IMG/VR virus record: IMGVR_UViG_3300032053_000008
Length of the DNA: 64,000 bases
Source: a virus
Direction: 5' to 3' (one strand)
In this document: positions 37,001-44,995 of the stretch, piece after piece
Layout: every line of letters starts with the position of its first letter
How positions within the stretch are numbered: the stretch's first letter is position 1
Made by a program: the position numbers and the translations under genes
Notes under the pieces: generated by a model
What the model was told of the DNA's origin: nothing
The model's input: the letters and a program-made list of their open reading frames with translations, nothing else
The model's database searches: none

Positions 37001-38635
37001 ATTAGTGGCGCTTACCAGGCCACTAACAACAATATCGTCACCAGTAATAAATGGGTGTGGACCAATATTAACAGTAATCGAAGCACCAGAATAAGACCAG
37101 CTGGCCGGTATGAAGTGCGGCATATAAGGATGACTGGGACCTGTGTCTTTTGTAATATAATCTGTGCCGATTATGCTTGGTACACCTGTTGGTATGAAAT
37201 TGTTGCTAAACTGGAATACCGTAGAGCTGGTTACATTTTTAACTAAAAACACGCCATTAGGGAGGTTTTCAATAAGGCCGGTGGCTGAAAGGCCGGTGGT
37301 ATAAACATAGTCGGCTGGCTGAAGTCCGTGTGGTGCCGAAGTGGTAATAGTAATTAAATTACCAACATAAGACCAAGTAGCCACTGCTACCGGAACACCG
37401 CTACCTAGCGGTTTACGGGCCATGACTGCATTACGGGTAGTTGTAGCAGTTACAACAGTATCATCCAATTGGAATTGAGCTAGATTTGGTCGCCACAAAC
37501 GTCTATTAAAGAGGGTTTCATCAAAAACGAAACTACCTTTAGCCATAGAGTTGATAACTAATTGGTACTGGTTAAATGATTGCAATATAGCCGTGTTGCC
37601 GGAAGTAACGCCGTAAACGTAACTATCCCCAGGAAGGATAGTTGGATCTGTTTGAACCGATTCATAAGCACCACTGGTAACTGCATCGGTTTCGAGGATC
37701 AAGTTATAGCTAAGGTTACCGCTACCGGTCATAACTGATCCAGCAGCATCCCACCATACATCTAGTGTATTGGGAGTATTATTTGTAGCTGTAGTGGTGT
37801 ACCAATAGTTAGACGCAGTCATTTCTTTGATGCGGGTCATAACCGCATCCATCCAGTCCTTTAAGGTGTTGATACCATTGTCACCGTATCGGAACGCTAA
37901 TGGGTCATCGCCAGGAATAGCTGTAGTTGGGTTACTGTTGATGCTTGGGTGAGGGTTAGTCCACTCTCTACGTGGGTTGGTCGGATATTCGGCGTTATCT
38001 AATCCACCAAAATTATAGGAATAATATGGATTTGGTACAGTTCCGCCAGTTCCAAGTCGAAACAGTTTGTTTTGGCAAGGTGTGATATATTCTACTGATC
38101 CGGTGGTTGATACCCCAACAATGTACAAAGGAAGGTTAGTACTAAATCCAGAAGTATTAATAATATAACGATATTCAAGGATTGCTCCTATGGGTATTAC
38201 TCGATTGAATTGAGCTTTCTGAGATTCAGACCAACCGGATGTTTCGTCAGCTGACGAAGGGTCAGTTACCCGAACCAGCTCAAGTGACACATAATTAGGT
38301 ACACCATTTTGGAACGCACCATTAACTTTAGTATTAGAGCTATTAAGGGTATCGGCTGCGGTACCTGCAGGTACAACCAAAATGGTACCAGATTGGCTTG
38401 CCGTAGAATGAAGGATACAGCTACCAGATACTTCAATTTGAAGGCTATTGGCGTTAATTGCGGCATTAGGAATAGTTATTTCAAACCCAGTACACACATA
38501 TGGCGTTTCAAGTCCAGTAATGACATTACGCAAAACTGAGTCAAAATCGTAGCTTACGCCAGACTCAATAGACCTAAGATGTGGTAAGTCAATGCGTATG
38601 CCAGAGTAACCGGATAGTCGGCGCTTAACAGCCAT
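34064..38635 (-). CDS. large virion structural (baseplate/tail) protein
   Basis: 1523 aa beta-rich, 'TT..PHGL..G..NG.F.V' repeats, late motif upstream. Confidence 0.65.
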   Translation of the reverse strand: MAVKRRLSGYSGIRIDLPHLRSIESGVSYDFDSVLRNVITGLETPYVCTGFEITIPNAAINANSLQIEVSGSCILHSTASQSGTILVVPAGTAADTLNSSNTKVNGAFQNGVPNYVSLELVRVTDPSSADETSGWSESQKAQFNRVIPIGAILEYRYIINTSGFSTNLPLYIVGVSTTGSVEYITPCQNKLFRLGTGGTVPNPYYSYNFGGLDNAEYPTNPRREWTNPHPSINSNPTTAIPGDDPLAFRYGDNGINTLKDWMDAVMTRIKEMTASNYWYTTTATNNTPNTLDVWWDAAGSVMTGSGNLSYNLILETDAVTSGAYESVQTDPTILPGDSYVYGVTSGNTAILQSFNQYQLVINSMAKGSFVFDETLFNRRLWRPNLAQFQLDDTVVTATTTRNAVMARKPLGSGVPVAVATWSYVGNLITITTSAPHGLQPADYVYTTGLSATGLIENLPNGVFLVKNVTSSTVFQFSNNFIPTGVPSIIGTDYITKDTGPSHPYMPHFIPASWSYSGASITVNIGPHPFITGDDIVVSGLVSATNAPNGRFIGITVNPDTTITYTAPATPTGTATVGVGALVRYDEYSFTATLSGCAVDGYNLADVIFTCYDDANFSYVLGPDTLPALPAGNGPIQVDGIVAISAVANPSKVVSMVNSGSPNYEITVTTATPHGYVTTPGPINFTIYGEPSISTYIRTYVDVSLVYVSPTIFKITRTFSPDSTLIVPPPSSYINPGSDQTYARFPNNPYPGPVAWDSDILIKGIIGEKTFTIPATATATGTSLANRFNTGGITGTAYLENGDVLFVELIRNQPVSDNTTYQTFNSYTIIGPVPPVDGAGAPLQSGDYVKFSEETENYWYKIAGTPGTPILTNTFNLVTDNNQNPTPQQRPTATGALVYCRGYYPIVTVKPHWEVPASTDVYWIGVRQDGGPGNSKVYVRGIELSVGETRNISDNSTTNLLIYTGANTEAAINPNYTFIDPTGDYSASEVLTVGGNVNNVNYLTREISFLSGPALGFQNNDKLTFVDGFSVLHTYTIDYPLTSLTAVIKEPITAVVPGQQITYLRTNYIIQNQDNLTLGIRKMNRESARVNTAISYPVYDESVYPVLIPVTGAGTIRSGSYIYTGSQVNPTAYAYVLNGTANVTETIENTPVSMPGGNFGATNVLVHVYAGTFTTGATLFQNGATTSMTINNPGNPAFVSPEIPISTTIVLPPNRRTAIQSGSFIKFPDPCVFKASLEPAFSGEELLVITNDTVRQASVDYEETYGGPKGKITLLRAFAPKSRLRFRLLNAYGSAVSKLAGNVTMQLAYDGGRIVVTIPGAPVDFRAGDSITGGAALSLTGSLEINGSGNLGTVPGGIFGPRSPNSDQVFVIGNEDNKPRDVWTGYEYLKTHTNYTGSAWSRKTWANTSSGAAPWAINGAGVTLGANQAARVSVSLVGRRSNGTLGGASFKLEGTFFYNPGTLLVEAAGDYQSNIFGTFGDGNVYAATLQISGGTTIVPVVFGTAGSTIEWAVGVDYQIISTST

Positions 38636-38734
38636 GGGTAGACCTTTATTTGGAGTTGACTTGGTAGGTAGGATATGGGAGCCTACACAAAGATTAAGTT
38701 AACGGGTTATAACCCACAAGTCAAGAGGTTTTTT

Positions 38735-39160
38735 ATGTCATATATGACCAAATTTCTCAAGGATATTGAGAAGTTCAATGAAATGTATCGTTTGCCAAAC
38801 AACACCAAACCAACAAATCTTGGTCCAGAAAGAGCCTATAATTTCAAGAAGATCCTTTGGGAGGAAGTTGAAGAAGGTGAACAACTAATTATGCATCTAG
38901 AAGACCAAGGCTTCGATCTGGACACCCAGGCCGAATTGGCTGACTGGCTAGGTGACATTATCGTTTATTGTGCCAGCGAAGCCCGTAGGTGGGGCATTCC
39001 AATGGACAAAACCTTGAAAATTATTATGGAAAGTAACTTTAGTAAGCTTGACTCGGCTGGTCAGCCAGTGTATGATGATAGAGGCAAGGTCTTAAAGGGA
39101 CCTGACTATTTTAAACCCGAGGCTAAGCTAAGCAAAATGCTTAAGCGGCGTAACAAATGA
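38735..39160 (+). CDS. MazG/PRA-PH-like nucleoside triphosphate pyrophosphohydrolase
   Basis: EEVEE..ELADWLGDIIVY..SNFSKL..G.PVYDDRGKVLKGPDYFKP. Confidence 0.85.
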   Translation: MSYMTKFLKDIEKFNEMYRLPNNTKPTNLGPERAYNFKKILWEEVEEGEQLIMHLEDQGFDLDTQAELADWLGDIIVYCASEARRWGIPMDKTLKIIMESNFSKLDSAGQPVYDDRGKVLKGPDYFKPEAKLSKMLKRRNK

Positions 39161-39161
39161 G

Positions 39162-40025
39162 GTGTTTATGTTAAGGTTTTTGTTGATGTTTGTGCTTTTT
39201 GTGTCTGGTATAGCACAAGCTGAAAAGATTGAGCTAAAAGCTACCAATACTGTTGGTTTTAATGATGTAGTTGAAGAAAAGAGTATTACCCTACTTTTAG
39301 CTCAAATTAATGAACTTGACTCTAAGTTACCAGAAGGTGAGCCAATTTATTTGGTTATAAATACTCCTGGAGGTGAAATTGTTTGGGGTTTAGAGTTTAT
39401 CGAATTCATTAAAAACCAAAAACGGCCTATCCATACAATTACTTTGTTTTCAGCTAGTATGGGTTTCCATATTGTGCAATCTTTGAATAAAAGGTATGTG
39501 GTTGAATCGGGTATTTTGATGTCTCATCGGGCCAGTGGAGGGTTTCAAGGTCAATTTCCAGGTGAAGCCGATAGTCGAATGAGGCACTGGCTTAATCGAA
39601 CTAAACGTATGGACAAAGAAGCGGCCAAAAGAGCTGGTAAAAGCGACCAGGAATATCGAGAATTGGTCCAAAACGAATACTGGTGTGAAGGTCAGGGATG
39701 TGTTGATGATGGATTTGCTGATGAAACAGCAAAAGTTAGTTGTGATCAAAGCCTTAGCGGATATAAAAGTCAAACAACCAAACAAATAGTTTCGGGCCAT
39801 TTGATTGTATTTAAAGCTTTTTATTCTGCTTGCCCAATTAAAACGGGCTTAGTTGATTGGGACATAACAGTAGATGGACAAAGTATAACAAACCCCAAAG
39901 TTAATGACGCTGGGACACCAAAGCTAGTCTTTAGTGCCATGGAAACTGTTGCTATCAATAAGTTTATTGAAGAACAAACAGACAACCTTAAACGCCGTTT
40001 TGAAAACATTAAAGGTCAAAAGTGA
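39162..40025 (+). CDS. ClpP-like serine protease with signal peptide
   Basis: IYLVINTPGG, SASMG, MSHRASGG; N-terminal signal ending AQA. Confidence 0.8.
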   Translation: MFMLRFLLMFVLFVSGIAQAEKIELKATNTVGFNDVVEEKSITLLLAQINELDSKLPEGEPIYLVINTPGGEIVWGLEFIEFIKNQKRPIHTITLFSASMGFHIVQSLNKRYVVESGILMSHRASGGFQGQFPGEADSRMRHWLNRTKRMDKEAAKRAGKSDQEYRELVQNEYWCEGQGCVDDGFADETAKVSCDQSLSGYKSQTTKQIVSGHLIVFKAFYSACPIKTGLVDWDITVDGQSITNPKVNDAGTPKLVFSAMETVAINKFIEEQTDNLKRRFENIKGQK

Positions 40026-41042
40026 GTTTTTTTAATCTAAAATTCTTTATAGTTGAACCTCAAAAACAAATAAGAATCCAAGAGATATTGTTTGATCTTG
40101 GGTACAAATATAAAGAAGATTTTGACACTATCAGACTGGGTGACAAAGAGTTATATCTTATAACCTTTGATGATGGTTCTATGGTGTCTAGTGATGACTT
40201 AGAAGATGATTATGATCTTACATATAGTCACCACAAAGAGCTTGATCTAAGGTCCCTGATTGTCATGGAAGGACAACACAAAGGACTAGGTCAAGCACCT
40301 AAAAATGTTACCAATATGGCTATTAATCAAGCACTAAAAGATGCCAAACATTTGTGGCTTTTATTGGATTGTTTAATGGACAATTACAAACAGGTTCATC
40401 AAACAATTGACTACCACCAGGCTGTTGCACTTCAAATGTATTTATGTAATATGGAAACAATAATACAAAAAACAATAGACCGGACAGATTAATGCATAAT
40501 GTTGTATGTTTATTATCTTTTTTGTTGTGGTCTTGCGTTACGGATGCAAAAAACACCAAAGATATCAAATGGAAATATGATATAGGTCAATGTGTTAGAT
40601 TCGATCCCGCCAAATTCAAAAACTCTGATGGTACTCCTATTCTAATAGTAAACAGAACAAACAAAACTAAGCTTTATTCGGCACAAATAGAACACCCCTT
40701 AGTGCCAGGAATAACAAGCTTTACAGCTTTAAAGATTCCTTTTGAACAGGACACGATTACTACACCATGTAAAAAAGGTACAAAATGAAAACTTTTTGGT
40801 CTAAGTTAAGGAAAATTCTATTCTTTTATTGGATTTTTTGCTATTTAGTGGCTTTAAGTGGTAACAGTTATATGTTTGGCATTAATCGCCAACAATGGGA
40901 CTTAACCGCTTTTAGCTTTATTTGTGTCCAATCTTTAATCCCAAGCATAACTAATATGCTATTTGTTCCTTTGGTTGTTGTTCATGGACTTACAACTGAA
41001 CATGCAAGTAAGCCACACCCAGATGAAGGTTTATCTGCATAA
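40022..41042 (+). CDS. three hypothetical genes (40022-40492, 40492-40788 lipoprotein, 40785-41042 membrane protein)
   Basis: Coupled ORFs; LLWSC lipobox. Confidence 0.6.
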
Positions 41043-41058
41043 AACATTGTTTCAAATT

Positions 41059-41095
41059 AAACCCAGCACTTTTTAGTTGCTGGGTTTTTCTTTTT
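41059..41095 (+). terminator. Rho-independent terminator
   Basis: AAACCCAGCA/TGCTGGGTTT followed by T run. Confidence 0.85.
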
Positions 41096-41099
41096 GCGT

Positions 41100-41126
41100 T
41101 AAAGTTTTTCCAGTTTCAACCGATAA
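41100..41126 (+). promoter_or_regulatory. sigma-28 promoter
   Basis: TAAAGTTT-N11-ACCGATAA. Confidence 0.88.
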
Positions 41127-41156
41127 CGTTTAGGTAAGCAGCAATAAGGGGGATAT

Positions 41157-41396
41157 ATGAGTTTTGAAAGAATGATTAGGGAACTAGAAATGCAGCGCGA
41201 ATTTGGCGATGCATGCCTGACAGATCCGGACCAGATCGTTGCTGCGCTTATGGCTGGACGGGCTATGAGGAGCTATATAAAATTGGGTACTACCGTTAAT
41301 GGGATGACATTACTTGGACATATTCCTACTGAAATGGCTCATGAAATTGTCTATACTTTGGAAGCTTGGGACAAATCTGTAAAGGAACAAAAATGA
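41157..41396 (+). CDS. small paralog-family protein
   Basis: IVAALMAGRAMR..EAWDKSVKE. Confidence 0.7.
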   Translation: MSFERMIRELEMQREFGDACLTDPDQIVAALMAGRAMRSYIKLGTTVNGMTLLGHIPTEMAHEIVYTLEAWDKSVKEQK

Positions 41397-41770
41397 AGTT
41401 TTTATTGATTTTATTGGTTTTTTTTGCACTAGAAGCTCAGGCTAAAGTAACTGAACTTACTTTAGACCTTAAACGTATGCCATTTAACCTTGACTATTTA
41501 TTTCCAGACCAAACTGATTGGGACTATGAAACACGTCTAAACTTTAGCGGTGAAATTGGCATTTTTTTTATGGACAACAAGGTTACCGGTCGTACATATG
41601 ACAACCGATACCACTACGTGTCTTGGGGTTTTGATATGGGTTTTCGCGTCACCGATTGGTTAGATGTGGTTCATACTCATCTTAGCCAGCACGCTATAGA
41701 TATTTACCGTGAAAAGTTTCCAGTTACTGATAGTTATGGTGCTAGACTTAACTTCTTAGACAAAAAGTGA
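41393..41770 (+). CDS. exported beta-strand-rich protein (possible small outer-membrane protein)
   Basis: Signal peptide ending AQA; alternating aromatic strands. Confidence 0.5.
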   Translation: MKFLLILLVFFALEAQAKVTELTLDLKRMPFNLDYLFPDQTDWDYETRLNFSGEIGIFFMDNKVTGRTYDNRYHYVSWGFDMGFRVTDWLDVVHTHLSQHAIDIYREKFPVTDSYGARLNFLDKK

Positions 41771-41777
41771 GACAAAA

Positions 41778-42992
41778 ATGATTAAAAAGTTGCGCAATCG
41801 TTTTCCTGATGCCACGTTTGAAGTAGCTTTTACAAATGAACTGGTAGTTACCTACAAAAACGCAAGTCTTATTGTTGACAAAACATGGGGACTTAACGAA
41901 AGTATCAAAGAAATCAACGACTTTATACGTGACATTAACATAGAACTGGAGCAAAAACATGGCTAAGAAACCTAGCAAACCTTTACCTAAACTAAAGAAA
42001 AAACCAATAAAATCAAAAACTAAGAAAAAAAAGCCAACGGTAAAAGCCAAGAAAAAAGCTTTAAGTGATTTTATTGACAACATGGAAAAATTTGATATTG
42101 GTTTTGATCTTGACGAAGATGTTTGGACATTTGAACCCACTTTAAAGGCAACAAACAACACTCAAACAGTTAATTATAAACCAGTTTCCGGAGAAACTTT
42201 ATTGAAGTGTGAAAACGTAACAATCACACCAAGCTTAAACTCTGATATAATGTCTGCTGCTTTGTCTATTCCATATAGTTATAAGATTGTTATGACCGAA
42301 GTTCCTGAAAACCTTAACGATAAATCCGACAACAAAGACAAATGGACAAAAAATGCTCCTAACCATGAATGTTTAATAATACACGATGAAATCATTTTAG
42401 ATCTTAAATACTATACCGACGGCAATGACAGGAAAATTGTCGGAGATATAGTACCAGCTAATGGATATAACCCAGGCCAGATATCCTTGGAATCAGTTAA
42501 CAAAGGAGAATCTAAGCTGGTGTACACAAATCATGACCGTGTTGTGTCTATGCCAATTTGCGATGGTTATGATTTGTACCTTTTAATGAAATATTGGTTT
42601 GAAACCGCTGAAACCGACCACTTAGCTGAAACTGTTATTTACCAAAGGACCAAATAATGGACCAAGGTAAAAAAATACACTACACCAAAACAGGCAGATA
42701 CGCTCCTATTAACAAAGCTTTTGACAAGCCCGTTCTTAGAAAATTCTGTAAAACTCATGGTCATACACCCTGGATAATAGGGTGGTATAGGCACCCCGGT
42801 GTGTGTATGTTTTATGTGGCAAATACCGGAATGTGTGGGTGCAGCGAAATTGGACACATAATGTCTGGCATCCCAGAAGACTATCCAATAAAATACCCAG
42901 AAAAGCCTTGTCATAATGGGATACAAATGATGTATTATTGCGTGAAGTGTATTAAGGCTGGTGGATATGGCCCAATAGGAGCTGATGAATGA
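41778..42992 (+). CDS. three hypothetical genes (41778-41966, 41959-42657 Lys-rich N-terminus, 42657-42992 Cys-rich)
   Basis: Coupled ORFs. Confidence 0.6.
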
Positions 42993-43852
42993 TCAAAGCA
43001 CAAATCGTATTAGACAGTATTGGTCACCATGGTATCCGTTTGACCACTATGGCTCTGGAATACCCACGCTACATCCACGCTGAATTAATGACACACAGGC
43101 AGTTTAGCAGAAATGCCAGTAGTTCTAGGGCTATACCTGTATCAAAGATGATTGAAAAAGCTAAAAGCGAAATGGTTATACCTGATTATTGGGGTAAAAA
43201 CCAAAAAGGAATGCAAGCTAGTGAACAGTTAGACCACGGTCTCAGGATTGAGGCCACTAGGGTGTGGGTAGCTCAAGCGGAATCGGCTATTAAGGCTGCT
43301 GCAGACTTGTCTAACCTTGGCGTACACAAACAAATTGCTAATAGGGTCTTAGAGCCTTTTACGACTATCACGGTGCTAGTTACTGGTACTAAGGATGCCT
43401 ATAGTAACTTTTTTGCTTTGCGGAACCACAAAGATGCTCAGCCAGAAATCAAAGGTTTAGCTGAAGTGATGTTGAATGCATACAAGGCCAGTATACCTGG
43501 TATACTTAGTGTAGGCGATTGGCACATGCCTTATATTACCTTGGAAGACACCCAATCTTTGGTTGACCTGGACTACGGTTCTTTGCTAGAGATATTGCTT
43601 AAGGTGTCCGCTGCTCGGTGCGCTCGGGTTAGCTACTTGACACATGACAAAAAAAGTCCAGATATGGTACAGGACTTAGATCTTTACGCTAAGTTGGTTG
43701 GAGGTAAGCCGATCCACGCAAGTCCCCTAGAACACCAAGCTGAATTGATGTCTAGTGCTAGTTATCAGTCAGCTAACTTTAAGGGATGGAAACAATACCG
43801 GCAAACCATGCCTAACCAATACATTACCGACTATTTTGAGCAAGCTGAATGA
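42989..43852 (+). CDS. thyX: FAD-dependent thymidylate synthase
   Basis: YPRYIHAELMTHRQFSRNASSSRAIP, HKQIANRVLEPF, SAARCARVSY, HASPLEH. Confidence 0.92.
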   Translation: MIKAQIVLDSIGHHGIRLTTMALEYPRYIHAELMTHRQFSRNASSSRAIPVSKMIEKAKSEMVIPDYWGKNQKGMQASEQLDHGLRIEATRVWVAQAESAIKAAADLSNLGVHKQIANRVLEPFTTITVLVTGTKDAYSNFFALRNHKDAQPEIKGLAEVMLNAYKASIPGILSVGDWHMPYITLEDTQSLVDLDYGSLLEILLKVSAARCARVSYLTHDKKSPDMVQDLDLYAKLVGGKPIHASPLEHQAELMSSASYQSANFKGWKQYRQTMPNQYITDYFEQAE

Positions 43853-44492
43853 CTAAACGTTATTTGTTAACTTTCTTGGATTTTTGTATATTTGCTTTAT
43901 TTTTTGGTGGATTGTGGTATGTTCAAGTTGAAACAATTGACTGGTTTTATGATCTAGATTATGGGTTATATTTGATTGTGTTTTTACAATTTATGGCTAT
44001 TTTTTTTGTGTCTTGTAGTTTAGCAAAATACATTGAATGGAGAGAAAAATGAAAAAAACTCTTTTTTTTATAACATCTTGTTTTTTATGGTCTTATTGTA
44101 TACTTTTAGTTTTTTTATTAAAAGTGCAAATAACTGAAAAAGCAGAAACAATACAATATTCAACCCTTTTGTTTGGTGGAATAGTTTTACATTGTTTATG
44201 CTTGACTACTATTGAGCTAATTAAGAATCCAAAAAAGTACTATCGCAGACTGTTTAGTCAACGTGTAAACATTTACCGTATGAGTGCTTTGTTTTTTGGA
44301 TGTCATTTAGGTGGAACAAAAGATGATCTTATGGTGGAGATTTTTCTAGGTAAGCGTAGTGTAATTATTGATTTATCTTTGCCTAGTCATCGAAATTGGG
44401 TAGATAAAAAGGACGAAGAAATCGATGAATATCTGATAAAAGAATTTATCAATGAGACTAAAGTTTCTGACCAAAATGCCGATAAGGTTTAA
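43849..44492 (+). CDS. two membrane proteins (43849-44052, 44049-44492)
   Basis: Hydrophobic segments, ATGA coupling. Confidence 0.65.
44459..44485 (+). promoter_or_regulatory. sigma-28 promoter with no downstream sense gene (antisense to late genes)
   Basis: TAAAGTTT-N11-GCCGATAA. Confidence 0.85.
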
Positions 44493-44527
44493 GTAACTGC
44501 CAGTAGCCTACCATAATGGCCTGCCAA

Positions 44528-44995
44528 TTACCCGCCGTAAGATACCCACATACCTGTGAAACTCACACTGGCCTGTAGCGTTTGCCTAGCCTGGAACGCT
44601 ACCTGCCAGCTCGTCACTTTGCAAAACTCTATACTAAGTAACAATTCACCTGTTTGGCGGTCATAAAAACGGAAATGACAATACCGGCTTGGGGCTTGCT
44701 GAGGATAGCTGTTGGTTTCAGATTGACTATCTACCGTTGGAGCCACTAAACCCATACGGATAGGGTCAGTGCCTTTGAGCATAAATAGGTTCATAGAGCC
44801 TTGGACCATACTCTGACCAGCTGCCAGGGCAATCTCTTGGGGGAATACCGAGTCAACGCCCATGATGTTTTGGGCACCAAGCGACTGGCTGAAGTTCAGG
44901 CCGCTGGCGTAGCCAATGGTTCTTTCAACTGCTTCACCAGATTCGTAAGCTATGGCCAACCTGACGCTAGCGCCAGTATATAACATAGTTTGCAT
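44528..44995 (-). CDS. tail tube-like structural protein
   Basis: 155 aa beta-rich; IGYASGLNFS..IMGVDS..PQEI pattern; end of late operon. Confidence 0.5.
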   Translation of the reverse strand: MQTMLYTGASVRLAIAYESGEAVERTIGYASGLNFSQSLGAQNIMGVDSVFPQEIALAAGQSMVQGSMNLFMLKGTDPIRMGLVAPTVDSQSETNSYPQQAPSRYCHFRFYDRQTGELLLSIEFCKVTSWQVAFQARQTLQASVSFTGMWVSYGG

